Notes: generated by a model from the sequence alone, not told the origin. 53,137 nucleotides of DNA from Candidatus Saccharimonadia bacterium (GCA_023262335.1 JALRBE010000001.1:1-53137), one strand, 5' to 3'. Shown: positions 43,125 through 51,940, counted from the stretch's first letter. Program-made: numbers and translations.

Positions 43125-45348
43125 AACGGGCGGTCAGCGATTCCTTCGAACGTTTCAAGTCCGCGGGAACACCCTCGAACAAAATTTTGCCACCTCGTTT
43201 GCCGCCCTCAGGGCCAACGTCGATGATCCAGTCTGCCTGCCGTATGACATCCAGGTTGTGTTCGATCACGACGACCGTATTGCCGCCGTCGACCAGCCGG
43301 TTCATGATATCAAGCAAATGTTGGATGTCGGACGCGTGAAGTCCTGTCGTCGGCTCGTCCATCACGTACACGCTGCCTTTCTTGTGCAGTTCGCCGGCCA
43401 GCTTGATTCGTTGGCACTCGCCGCCGCTAAGCGTGCTGAGCGGTTGGCCGAGCGATAAGTAACCGAGTCCGACGTCATTCATGGCATCGAGTTTTTTGCT
43501 GACGTCTTTGTCATCGAAGAATTCCTGGGCTTCGGCGATCGTCATGGCAAGTACGTCGGTGATATTCTTGCCGTTCAGCGTGTATCCTAATACTTCCTCT
43601 TTGTAGCGTTTGCCTTCGCAAATCTCACAAAGCAATTTCTGTTCGTCCAAAAATGCGAGGTCCGTCGTCACATAGCCGGTTCCTTGGCAATTTTCGCAGC
43701 CACCTTTCGAATTGAAGCTAAACAGCGACGCATCGACCTTGTTCGCGTTCGCGAAGCTCTTGCGAATGACGTCGAATATCCCGGTGTAGGTCGCTGGGTT
43801 CGAACGGCTGTTGACACCGACGGCGGATTGGTCGATGACGATCGCTTCCGGATGCTCGGGAACGAACGTTTGGTTGATGAGCGAGGACTTGCCAGAGCCG
43901 GCCACGCCCGTGACGACGGTCAGCACGCCGGTCGGAATCGAGACACTGACGTCGTGCAGGTTGTTTTTGGTCGCGTGCTCGATGGCTATGGAGCCGCTCG
44001 CCGTCCGCGGCTCGAGCTTCACGGGGAGCGTTTTGCTCAAATACGTTCCGGTCAAAGAATCGTTTTTTAGCAGGTCGGCGTACGTTCCTTCGAACATGAT
44101 CGTGCCGCCCTTCGAGCCGGCATGAGGCCCGACGTCGATCACATGGTCGGCTACCTTTATGACGTCCGGGTCATGTTCGACGACAATGACGGTATTGCCG
44201 TTGTCACGCAGTTGTTTGAGCAAGTCGTTCAATCGGTGGACGTCGCGCGGGTGCAGGCCGACGCTCGGTTCGTCGAATATGTACATGACGTCACTTAACG
44301 TGCCGTTCAGGTATTTGACCAGCTTGACCCGTTGCGATTCGCCACCGCTCAGCGTGTCGGTGACGCGGTCGAGGCTCAAATAATCAAGGCCGATTTCTAC
44401 CAAGCTTCGCAGCCTGGTTTTGAGCATTTCCACGACGGGCGCGAGCGCAGGGTCGTCCATGGCGTCGATCGCCTCAAGCAGCTCGTCTATCTGCATGCGC
44501 GACAAATCAGCGATGTTTTGCCCGTTGATCTTGCTCGCGAGCGCCTGTTGGCTGAGCCGTGATCCATAGCACGATTCGCATGGACCGTTGGCAATGAACG
44601 GCTCGATCGTCTTCTGCGTGCGTTCGCTCAGCGACTTCAGATCCCGCTTGATGTACTTGCGTGCGAACTCGTCAACCAACCCGACGAACTTGATGTTCAG
44701 CCCGCCGCCAACGTCCACTTTCAGTGGTTCGCCGTGCAGCAAATCATGCATTTCTTTGTCGCTGTAATCCGCGAGCTTTTTGTCGTTGTCGAACAGGCCG
44801 GATTTCGTGATGACCTTCCAGCCCCAGCCGCCCACTTTGCCGTCGGGCAGTAGTACCGCGCCTTCGTTCAACGATTTCGTGTAATCAAGCGCCTTTTCGA
44901 GATCAAGCGCCATCATTTGCCCGAGCCCGTCGCACGTTTGGCACATGCCCTGCGGGTTGTTGAACGAAAACATGTAGCCATGCCCGAGGTTCGGCTGGCC
45001 GCCCTTCGCGAATAGCGTCCGTAAAATAGGCGCGATGTCCGTGGCGGTGCCAACGGTAGAGCTCGAACCGCCTCCCAGACGTTTTTGGTCGACGATGATG
45101 GCCATGTTGAGATTGCGAATCGCGTCGGCGTCGGGCTGTGAGACTTTCGGCAGGAAATTACGCACGAACGCGCTGAACGTTTCGTTGAGCAGGCGCTGCG
45201 CTTCCGCGGCGACCGTGTCGAATACTATCGACGACTTGCCCGATCCGGACACGCCGGTAAAAATCGTGATTTGCCGTTTGGGAATCCGCACGGTAACGTT
45301 TTTCAAATTGTTTTCGCGCGCTCCCTTGATCTCGATGAATTCTTGCAT
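43117..45348 (-). CDS. UvrA-like ABC ATPase, short paralogue (743 aa)
   Basis: The N-terminus IEIKGARENNLKNVTVRIPK and two ABC modules (GVSGSGKSS, GVAGSGKSS, LSGGESQR, LSGGECQR) match UvrA. At 743 aa it is about 200 aa shorter than canonical UvrA. The ATG is 6 nt after TATTAT (45355-45360). Confidence 0.9.
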   Translation of the reverse strand: MQEFIEIKGARENNLKNVTVRIPKRQITIFTGVSGSGKSSIVFDTVAAEAQRLLNETFSAFVRNFLPKVSQPDADAIRNLNMAIIVDQKRLGGGSSSTVGTATDIAPILRTLFAKGGQPNLGHGYMFSFNNPQGMCQTCDGLGQMMALDLEKALDYTKSLNEGAVLLPDGKVGGWGWKVITKSGLFDNDKKLADYSDKEMHDLLHGEPLKVDVGGGLNIKFVGLVDEFARKYIKRDLKSLSERTQKTIEPFIANGPCESCYGSRLSQQALASKINGQNIADLSRMQIDELLEAIDAMDDPALAPVVEMLKTRLRSLVEIGLDYLSLDRVTDTLSGGESQRVKLVKYLNGTLSDVMYIFDEPSVGLHPRDVHRLNDLLKQLRDNGNTVIVVEHDPDVIKVADHVIDVGPHAGSKGGTIMFEGTYADLLKNDSLTGTYLSKTLPVKLEPRTASGSIAIEHATKNNLHDVSVSIPTGVLTVVTGVAGSGKSSLINQTFVPEHPEAIVIDQSAVGVNSRSNPATYTGIFDVIRKSFANANKVDASLFSFNSKGGCENCQGTGYVTTDLAFLDEQKLLCEICEGKRYKEEVLGYTLNGKNITDVLAMTIAEAQEFFDDKDVSKKLDAMNDVGLGYLSLGQPLSTLSGGECQRIKLAGELHKKGSVYVMDEPTTGLHASDIQHLLDIMNRLVDGGNTVVVIEHNLDVIRQADWIIDVGPEGGKRGGKILFEGVPADLKRSKESLTARYV

Positions 45349-45386
45349 GTTCTTATAATAACAAAAAGAGGGGATACGTACCTGCG

Positions 45387-45608
45387 CTAGGGTTTGAGTG
45401 ACATGCCGTTTTTGGCAAGAAGCTCCTTAAGAACGCGCACTGCCTTAGGGCCGACGCCATGAACCGCGAGCAGTTCGGTTTTGGTCATGCCAGCCACATG
45501 CCGCAGCGTGGTGACGCCTTGGCTGACCAGAGCGGCATTGGCAGGCTTTCCCATCGAGGGCGGAAACTCCTTCGAGAACGAATCGGCGGGCAAGGTACGC
45601 GTGCTCAT
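45387..45608 (-). CDS. small helix-hairpin-helix DNA-binding-like protein, 73 aa
   Basis: HhH-like TKTELLAVHGVGPKAVRVLKELL. An AGGAG Shine-Dalgarno lies 6 nt upstream of the ATG at 45608. The track ORF 5' extension overlaps the upstream gene. Confidence 0.6.
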   Translation of the reverse strand: MSTRTLPADSFSKEFPPSMGKPANAALVSQGVTTLRHVAGMTKTELLAVHGVGPKAVRVLKELLAKNGMSLKP

Positions 45609-45610
45609 TA

Positions 45611-46258
45611 TTACTCCTGTGCTCGTATTGGCTCTATGGCGCTGAGTACTTTGTCGACGCTGACAAGCGACTTGTTGAGGCCGTCGCCGGCGTAATAGCT
45701 TGCCTGCGGGTCGGCTCCGGTGACGCTCGGCAAGGCTGCCCATTCCTTGGCAAGGTTCGCCGCGAATTCTTCTTGGGTCAGTTCTTTGTTGACGTACCGT
45801 TCGGCGCCTCTCCGTTCAAGCAATGCGATAGCCATGCGGTCCTGAAGCGGCTGGTCGAACTTCGCCGACGGGTCAATGTTCAGTCGCGACACCAAACCGG
45901 ATAACGTGCCGCTGATGATTTGGTAACGCCCCACGGCATTGCTAGCGTTGCCCTGCGCGACGTGTTCGGCTTGCCAGTGCATGACGTCAGCGACGGTCAT
46001 GGCCGTGAAGTCGATCGACGAGTTGGCCGCGTTACCGAAGTACGCGTTATAGTTATTCTTGCTTTCGACGCTCGCGATCAAGCCGAGCAACCGCTCGTAG
46101 CTCGAAGGGTCAACGGTTAGCCTGCGGTTTTGCATGTATCCATTATAAGCAATGGTACTCGCCACGAGAACCGTCGCCACGACCGAAACAGCGAACGCCC
46201 TGCTGCGGAGCGATCGCTTGAACGACTTTGCGAGTTTGCGTCTGAATTTCGATGCCAC
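45611..46258 (-). CDS. membrane-anchored lysozyme-like protein (GH104 / lambda-lysozyme-type lytic transglycosylase)
   Basis: An N-terminal TM helix followed by IASVESKNNYNAYFG and AVGRYQI motifs typical of the lambda R / GH104 fold. GTG start 7 nt after TATACT (46266-46271). Confidence 0.65.
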   Translation of the reverse strand: MASKFRRKLAKSFKRSLRSRAFAVSVVATVLVASTIAYNGYMQNRRLTVDPSSYERLLGLIASVESKNNYNAYFGNAANSSIDFTAMTVADVMHWQAEHVAQGNASNAVGRYQIISGTLSGLVSRLNIDPSAKFDQPLQDRMAIALLERRGAERYVNKELTQEEFAANLAKEWAALPSVTGADPQASYYAGDGLNKSLVSVDKVLSAIEPIRAQE

Positions 46259-46321
46259 TGTATCTAGTATATGTCATATGTCAGGGTAGAAGCAGTACGC
46301 GATTCGTATTACTATAAATGC

Positions 46322-46870
46322 ATGACAAAACCCGAAGCTTCCATTATGACCCTCGACGCCGTCGTTACGACGGTAGATGGCCAGCTTATCGCGAAGATTG
46401 CCAAAGAGCAGAGCAAAGAACGGTTGCCGTCTCGCGGCCAGGTGTACGTTGAAGGCACCATGAACGGCTATAGGTTCGCGAAGGTGCTTGAACCGGACGG
46501 CTATTGGAGCCACTGGTTCAGATTTGACCGAGAATACATGAAGGAATTCGACGTTCGTGACGGCGACGTATTACGGCTAGAAGTCACGGTAAGCAAAAAC
46601 TGGCCCGAACCCGACGTTCCGAAAGATTTCGCAGACGGCATCGCGGCGGCTTCCGAAAAGGTACGGCAAAAATGGCACGATATCACGCCTATGGCGCGCT
46701 GGGAATGGATTCGGTGGGTGAACTCGACGAACAGTCTTGATACGCGGGCTATCCGCATCGAAAAATCGGTGTCCAAACTCGATGGCAAGCATCGTCGGCC
46801 GTGCTGTTTCAATCTTGCGGCATGTACCGACCCTGAACTCATGAAAAACGGCCGGCTCAAAGACGCGTGA
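46322..46870 (+). CDS. DUF1905 plus YdeI/OmpD-associated domain protein
   Basis: The DUF1905-like N-terminal half (VYVEGTMNGYRF...DGDVLRLEV) is followed by a YdeI-like C-terminal half (WEWIRWVNS...TRAIRIEK). The ATG at 46322 is 6 nt after TACTAT (46310-46315). Confidence 0.75.
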   Translation: MTKPEASIMTLDAVVTTVDGQLIAKIAKEQSKERLPSRGQVYVEGTMNGYRFAKVLEPDGYWSHWFRFDREYMKEFDVRDGDVLRLEVTVSKNWPEPDVPKDFADGIAAASEKVRQKWHDITPMARWEWIRWVNSTNSLDTRAIRIEKSVSKLDGKHRRPCCFNLAACTDPELMKNGRLKDA

Positions 46871-46947
46871 ACCGATGCATATTTGCCTAGTTATAATAAA
46901 TAGTATATAGTATAAATCGGTACTACTAACCTGTCCTAGGAGGATAC

Positions 46948-47922
46948 GTGGCAACGACCGTTTTGGTGGAGCGAGGCTTCAGCCGAATGGAGATCGTCGA
47001 GTTCATGAAAAAGGCCGATTCCGGCCTGACCGTGTACGGCACGCACGAGCAACCGTACGAAGATTGTCCGACCGTCATGCTCCCGCCGCTCGAAACGCCA
47101 GAGGGTATCGCCCAAGCGAACGCGCTCATCGCGAAGCATGGCATCGATGCGTTTTGGCCGCAAAAAAGTGCCGAGTACGATTTGAGCCGGCTCGACTGTG
47201 CCGTCCATACGGCCGCGGACCCAGCGACGATCGCGCTCGTCAACGACAAGGAGCGGTTCGCTGCATGGCTCGACGATGACATCTACCGGGCGCGCAGCGT
47301 GGGAGTGCTTGGTGCCGATGGGGTTGCCGAGGCGATCCGCGATTGGCGGGCCACGGATCGACCCGTATGCGTCAAGCCCGTTGATGGCATTTACGGCCAG
47401 GGATACTGGCGACTTGTCGAGAACGGCGTGAGCTTGCTCGACGAGCCCAGCGGTCGGGAGATCAGCCCCAATCTCTACCTAGCGGCGCTTCGCAGCGAGG
47501 AGCTGGTGACGGGACGACGGCGCATGCTGGTCATGGATTGGCTGCCCGGACCGGAAGTCAGCGTCGACATGCTGAGCTGGCATGGGCGTCCGCTCATCCA
47601 CGCGGCGCGTACCAAACTCAGTGACTCGTTGCAGCGAATCGAGTCGGAGCATCCGGTCATCGGCCACGCGCGAGCCATGGTAGGCAAGCTCGGGCTTCAC
47701 GGAGTCACGAGCATGCAGTACCGCATGAGCCTGCAGGGCGACTGGAAGATGCTCGAAGTCAATCCGCGTCCAGCGGGCGGTTCCATCAACGGCGAGGACG
47801 CCGGCTTCGGACTGCTTGCTGCTTGGGCTCGGTTGCTTACCGGCAGCGTGGGCCCCGACGACATCAAGCAGGTCGACGCGACGGTGGACCTGCGAATCTC
47901 CCGGATGGCGACCATAACGTAG
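46948..47922 (+). CDS. ATP-grasp domain protein, substrate unknown
   Basis: VCVKPVDGIYGQGY, VMDWLPGPEVSVD and MLEVNPRPAGGS are ATP-grasp core motifs. A GGAGG Shine-Dalgarno precedes the GTG start. Confidence 0.75.
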   Translation: MATTVLVERGFSRMEIVEFMKKADSGLTVYGTHEQPYEDCPTVMLPPLETPEGIAQANALIAKHGIDAFWPQKSAEYDLSRLDCAVHTAADPATIALVNDKERFAAWLDDDIYRARSVGVLGADGVAEAIRDWRATDRPVCVKPVDGIYGQGYWRLVENGVSLLDEPSGREISPNLYLAALRSEELVTGRRRMLVMDWLPGPEVSVDMLSWHGRPLIHAARTKLSDSLQRIESEHPVIGHARAMVGKLGLHGVTSMQYRMSLQGDWKMLEVNPRPAGGSINGEDAGFGLLAAWARLLTGSVGPDDIKQVDATVDLRISRMATIT

Positions 47923-47942
47923 CCACAAGGCGATGGAACGCC

Positions 47943-47971
47943 AAAAGGCAGCGAGAGTATCGCTGCCTTTT
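47943..47971. terminator. bidirectional rho-independent terminator
   Basis: AAAAGGCAGCGA, loop GAGTA, TCGCTGCCTTTT, then TT. It lies between convergent genes. Confidence 0.7.
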
Positions 47972-47988
47972 TTAATTGGCTTAAAAAT

Positions 47989-48669
47989 CTAGTAGATGAA
48001 GCCGCCGAACGAGCCGGGCGCAACCGTCCGCTGGTTGTAGCTGCCCGCTTTGTAGTTCCAGCCCATTTCCGACACGACGTAACTGCCGTCAGGATTGACG
48101 CTCTCCACGTATGCCACGTGGCCGTTCGTTACCGCGACCGCGCCGGCACGTGGCGCGGAGCCGGTCGATTTGCCAGCGGCTTGGGCCGAGCTTATCCAGT
48201 TGTAGCCGGCGTTGCCGTATACTGCCACGTCGGGCCGCTTGCTATGGACGTAGTCGGTGCACCACATGCCGTTGCCAACGTAGTAGCTCGATGAGTTTAC
48301 CGGTTTGCTGGTGTACTGCCTGCTGACGCCTGTGGCCTGCGCTGGCGCCGCGGAGCGTACCGTTGCCGCGACGGCGGCGTAGCGGTCCGGAAGCTGTTCG
48401 TCGGCGGCAGGTATGCGAATTTGGTTGCCGACGTCGATCGCGTCGGGGTGGGTCAGTTGTTCGTTCGCGTTGAACAGCCGTACGTAGTCGGTGCCGTGCG
48501 CTTCAGCGATGGCAGTGAGCGTGTCGCCAGGGTTCACGGTGACAATGACCGGTGCAGGCTTTTCGGTTTTGTCGGTAGTTTTCTTCTCGGTAGCGCCTGC
48601 CGTCGTGCCAAAAAAGACCACGAGTGAAAGCGCGGCCGCATATGCCGCGAGGCTGGTTTTGATTGTCAT
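47989..48669 (-). CDS. secreted LysM + CHAP domain peptidoglycan hydrolase
   Basis: Signal peptide, LysM (VNPGDTLTAIAEAHG...NQIRIP), then CHAP with a Cys (GMWCTDYV) and a His (GHVAYVE). An AAGGAG Shine-Dalgarno lies upstream. Confidence 0.85.
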   Translation of the reverse strand: MTIKTSLAAYAAALSLVVFFGTTAGATEKKTTDKTEKPAPVIVTVNPGDTLTAIAEAHGTDYVRLFNANEQLTHPDAIDVGNQIRIPAADEQLPDRYAAVAATVRSAAPAQATGVSRQYTSKPVNSSSYYVGNGMWCTDYVHSKRPDVAVYGNAGYNWISSAQAAGKSTGSAPRAGAVAVTNGHVAYVESVNPDGSYVVSEMGWNYKAGSYNQRTVAPGSFGGFIY

Positions 48670-48866
48670 TGTTTTCTCCTTGATGCCGTGTCGTGACTGA
48701 TGAGTATTTCGTGTGTGTTTATTGACACGGACTGGTCGCGTTTCTGGCTGTCTTTTTCAGAAACACAAAGACAAGCATAATCGCCATTCTAGCGTATGTC
48801 AACGCAATGCTACGCTATATATACGTTTACCAGATGAAAATATAGGTTGTCGTCATTACAATGTTG

Positions 48867-48893
48867 TGACAATTAATGAATATTTAATTGTCA
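48867..48893. repeat. perfect 10-bp inverted repeat TGACAATTAA-7 nt-TTAATTGTCA
   Basis: Read directly from the sequence. It lies 28 nt beyond the stop of the gene at 48922 and about 65 nt upstream of the candidate LysM-CHAP promoter (TTGACA 48797-48802, TATGCT 48774-48779, minus strand). Confidence 0.5.
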
Positions 48894-48921
48894 AAACGGC
48901 ACGAAAAATCGCAAAAAATCG

Positions 48922-49491
48922 TTACTTCGTTATGACTTTTTGCGCCAAAACTTTCGCTTGGTCGAGCGTGTTTGATTCGGGCGCTGAGCCGATGCCGTAG
49001 CTCATGATGATCCATTTTTTGCCACTCAACACGTTCAGCTGGCCGATGGTTTTGTTAAAGTAGGCGTCTTCACCTAGATTTTCTATTTTTTCGACGCTGT
49101 TATTCGATTTGGCGACGGCGAAGTCGGCGACGTTGCGCGCCAGACCTTCGTCGTTGATGCCAGAGCGTACCGCCACGGCTGCCACGGTCATTTGGGTTGG
49201 GTCGGCAACCGTATCGGTGTAGCTGCACTTGCTGACCGCGACGTCGCCAGTAATGACAGGCTTGTTGCTTTCGGTTTGTAACACGTCTTCGCCGAGTAGC
49301 GACCGGGCTTCTTGCAATGTGAACAAGTCGCATGCTTTTGCCGGCTGATGCACGATGACCGGACCGCTGAAGTGATTCACGAGCGCGACGATCGCGACCG
49401 CCCCGACCAGGGCTCCGACGATACCCGCTCCTATGAGGAACTCGCTGTTACGGCGTATAAGTTGCGTGGCGTTTTTCAGATGTTTTTTCAT
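48922..49491 (-). CDS. membrane-anchored hypothetical protein, 189 aa
   Basis: MKKHLKNATQLIRRNSEFLIGAGIVGALVGAVAIVAL anchor followed by an extracytoplasmic domain. The first plausible ATG is at 49491, with TATACT 12 nt upstream. Confidence 0.6.
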   Translation of the reverse strand: MKKHLKNATQLIRRNSEFLIGAGIVGALVGAVAIVALVNHFSGPVIVHQPAKACDLFTLQEARSLLGEDVLQTESNKPVITGDVAVSKCSYTDTVADPTQMTVAAVAVRSGINDEGLARNVADFAVAKSNNSVEKIENLGEDAYFNKTIGQLNVLSGKKWIIMSYGIGSAPESNTLDQAKVLAQKVITK

Positions 49492-49540
49492 GATCCAACT
49501 ATCAGTATAACAGCCAGGATTCGGGTGAATCCAAGCAAGG

Positions 49541-49771
49541 TTATTTGCGCGAGAATATCTCTTTGAGTTTGTAGCCGACGGCAAGACCGAACACGACGCC
49601 GCTCGCGAAGTTGACGTACGTTGAATGCTCCGCCGCTTTGTCGATGTTCAAGGTAATGAACGCGAAGTATAGAACGATCGAAACGATCAGGCTGAGAATG
49701 TACGCGACGATGAGCGTAAACAAGACTTCGACGAAAATTTTTGACGGGTTTTTATTTGATTTTTTTAACAT
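49541..49771 (-). CDS. small membrane protein, 76 aa (two TM)
   Basis: The ATG at 49771 is 6 nt after TGaTAAAAT (49778-49783). Two hydrophobic helices. No family recognised. Confidence 0.5.
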   Translation of the reverse strand: MLKKSNKNPSKIFVEVLFTLIVAYILSLIVSIVLYFAFITLNIDKAAEHSTYVNFASGVVFGLAVGYKLKEIFSRK

Positions 49772-49829
49772 AAGCACATTTTATCATAGGAACGCCTTAG
49801 TCGGAACGACGCTTTGTTATAATAAGGTC

Positions 49830-50183
49830 ATGACGGATATTTCTTCAGTCGATGCATACGTCGCTGCCCAGCGGCCCGACATCGCCGAAAGGCTGACAGC
49901 CATACGCGGCCTCTTTCATGAGCTGTTGCCTGCAACGCAAGAATCAATCAGCTACGACATGCCAGCATTTACGGTAGGCAAGGATCATTTGTACGTTGGC
50001 GCGTATAAAAACCATATAGGCCTGTACCCAATGTACGGCATGCCTTCCGCGCTAAACGAGCGCATGCTGCCGTACCGCGGCGAAGGCACCAAAGACACGT
50101 TACGTTTTCGTCACGACGAGCCGCTACCGCTCGAACTTATCCGCGATATCATCGTCGCTAAAGCTGGCGAACCAGCGGAATGA
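49830..50183 (+). CDS. DUF1801 (YdhG-like) domain protein
   Basis: VDAYVAAQRPDIAERLTAIRGLFHELLP...ISYDMPAF is the DUF1801 pattern. The ATG is 6 nt after TGtTATAAT (49818-49823). Confidence 0.8.
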   Translation: MTDISSVDAYVAAQRPDIAERLTAIRGLFHELLPATQESISYDMPAFTVGKDHLYVGAYKNHIGLYPMYGMPSALNERMLPYRGEGTKDTLRFRHDEPLPLELIRDIIVAKAGEPAE

Positions 50184-50184
50184 T

Positions 50185-50778
50185 TTACGAGCCGACCGTA
50201 CCGGTTTCGACGCCGCCGGCACGTTCGTAGTTCGCGAACACGACGCCGCTTGGCGTCACTATGCTGCTTTGCAGCGTGAACGTCGCCGGTATGGTGCCGT
50301 CGCCAAACAGTCGTTTGCCAGTACCGAGCGTCAGCGGAAAGAACTTCAGCCAAAGCTCGTCGACCAAGTCGTGCATGAGTAGCGTCTGGGCAAGCTCACC
50401 GCTGCCGTGCACTTGTATGTCCGCGCCGTTCGAATTGCGCAGTGCCTTTATGTCGTCGACGTTTCGCAAAATCTCCGTGTTTTGCCAGTCCGACCTATCG
50501 AGCGTGGTGCTCACGGCATACTTCGTGACCTCGTTTATGCCAGGCCATTCGCTATCACGGCTGGGCCAATACGCCGCGAAGATATCGAAGGTCCGCCTGC
50601 CGAGCAGCAAATCGGCCGGTCGCATTTGCTTTTCCATCGCTTTGCCCGCGGCATCGTCAAAAAACGGCGTTATCCAGCCGCCATACGCGAAATCCCCCGA
50701 CGTGTCCTCGTCGGGTCCTCCGGGCGCCTGCATCACGCCGTCCAAAGTTAAAAACGACAATAAAATTATCTTTCTCAT
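50185..50778 (-). CDS. dihydrofolate-reductase-like protein (RibD C-terminal domain family)
   Basis: MRKIILLSFLTLDGVMQAPGGP...LLLGRRTFD matches the YwjB/RibD_C family. The ATG is 6 nt after TGgTACCAT (50785-50790). Confidence 0.85.
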   Translation of the reverse strand: MRKIILLSFLTLDGVMQAPGGPDEDTSGDFAYGGWITPFFDDAAGKAMEKQMRPADLLLGRRTFDIFAAYWPSRDSEWPGINEVTKYAVSTTLDRSDWQNTEILRNVDDIKALRNSNGADIQVHGSGELAQTLLMHDLVDELWLKFFPLTLGTGKRLFGDGTIPATFTLQSSIVTPSGVVFANYERAGGVETGTVGS

Positions 50779-50831
50779 ACGTTAATGGTACCAAACGCAA
50801 AAAATTTGCCTGTTATATAAATTACCAACGG

Positions 50832-51461
50832 CTAAGGTTTGCGGACTGGCTGGCGCAGTATAGTCTTCAGTTTTGCTGGCTCGACCTTGCGGAAATCGCT
50901 CAAATAAATCTCGTGGTGTTTCAGCGCCATTTCGTAGCCGTTCGAGGGTATGAAGTCATTGTGCATGCGTGCGAGTACCGGCGCTTCGTCGTCGAACGAA
51001 CCGACGTGCAGCGTTTGTGCGGCGGTTCCTTCGTTTACCGTTTCGAACCTGACCTTCGCGACGTTGAGCTCCGGGTTCTTTGCCAAAACGGCTTGTTTGG
51101 CTGCAGTCACCATGTCGCCAGTAATCCAATCGGGTTGCATGATCATGAGCGTGAAGTCCCACTGCGATTTGTCGCGCGCGGTCGTAAAACTGGCCATGTC
51201 GTCTGCCCACCACAAGGCTTCGAGCGGCATGACCGTATAGTCCTTGCCGAGCGTTTGCTTGCTCATGAACTTCAGTTTGTATGCAAGCGGGTAGAGCGTG
51301 GTAATGGCCGTTTTGAACGCAGGGCTGTCGTTCGGATCGCCATGCCCGTCAATCATGAGGTATTGGAGCGGTGGCACTTCTATGATTTCGAATTCACCAC
51401 GGGGCGCGGAGTAGCTTTTTATTGATTTTTTGAAGTCCGATTTTTCCATGGAGCCTGCCAT
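50832..51461 (-). CDS. GyrI-like small-molecule-binding domain protein
   Basis: EIIEVPPLQYLMIDGHGDPN...HEIYLSDFRKV is the typical GyrI-like family pattern. The start lies 1 nt after the upstream DUF1801 stop. Confidence 0.85.
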   Translation of the reverse strand: MAGSMEKSDFKKSIKSYSAPRGEFEIIEVPPLQYLMIDGHGDPNDSPAFKTAITTLYPLAYKLKFMSKQTLGKDYTVMPLEALWWADDMASFTTARDKSQWDFTLMIMQPDWITGDMVTAAKQAVLAKNPELNVAKVRFETVNEGTAAQTLHVGSFDDEAPVLARMHNDFIPSNGYEMALKHHEIYLSDFRKVEPAKLKTILRQPVRKP

Positions 51462-51462
51462 A

Positions 51463-51834
51463 TCAGGCGCTGCCTTTCGCGGTCTTCAGGTTTTCGGCTT
51501 CGCGCCATTTGACCATTTTTCGTATGAGCGTTTTCGGCAGCGGCTTGTCATAGGGTAGCTGCACGACGCTTTTCGACGTCTTGTATTCCGTAAGTTCATT
51601 TTGGAAATGGTCGATTGTCGGCGGCGGCACGGCTAATGTCAAGTGCTTCGCGAACGCGCTGAAATAAGCCACGGGTCCGTCGTTTTTGAAGCACGGTATT
51701 TGGTAACTTATGGTCTCCTGCGCGTCAGGAAGCGCGTCGTGGAGTATCGCCCGGATCTCCTGTAACTTAGTTTGGGTTTCGGGCGCGAAGGCAGCTATGT
51801 AATCGTCGATGGATTGATAATCGGTTTTTGCCAT
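51463..51834 (-). CDS. DUF1801 (YdhG-like) domain protein
   Basis: SIDDYIAAFAPETQTKLQEIRAILHDALPDAQETISYQIPCF. The ATG at 51834 is 6 nt after TATTAT (51841-51846). The track ORF extends to 51918. Confidence 0.8.
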   Translation of the reverse strand: MAKTDYQSIDDYIAAFAPETQTKLQEIRAILHDALPDAQETISYQIPCFKNDGPVAYFSAFAKHLTLAVPPPTIDHFQNELTEYKTSKSVVQLPYDKPLPKTLIRKMVKWREAENLKTAKGSA

Positions 51835-51940
51835 GTACTTATAATAAATGACAACCGCGCGCATGCTCAAGAATGAGCCGTATGCGGGGCAGCCAAATGA
51901 AAACTCCGCACGAGCCATGGGCTTATGCGGAGGAGGGCGG

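Noticed and set aside
14553-48669. A prophage lysis cassette (holin-like protein, GH104-like lysozyme, CHAP endolysin).
   Set aside because: The three genes are more than 30 kb apart and are separated by housekeeping genes. There are no capsid, tail, terminase or integrase genes. The holin-like gene is translationally coupled to secG.
48670-48800. A cyclic-di-AMP (ydaO-type) riboswitch in the leader of the LysM-CHAP hydrolase, as found before some wall hydrolase genes.
   Set aside because: The leader is only about 98 nt. I could not find the conserved purine-rich internal-loop motifs or the pseudo-twofold architecture of that class. Only generic hairpins are present.
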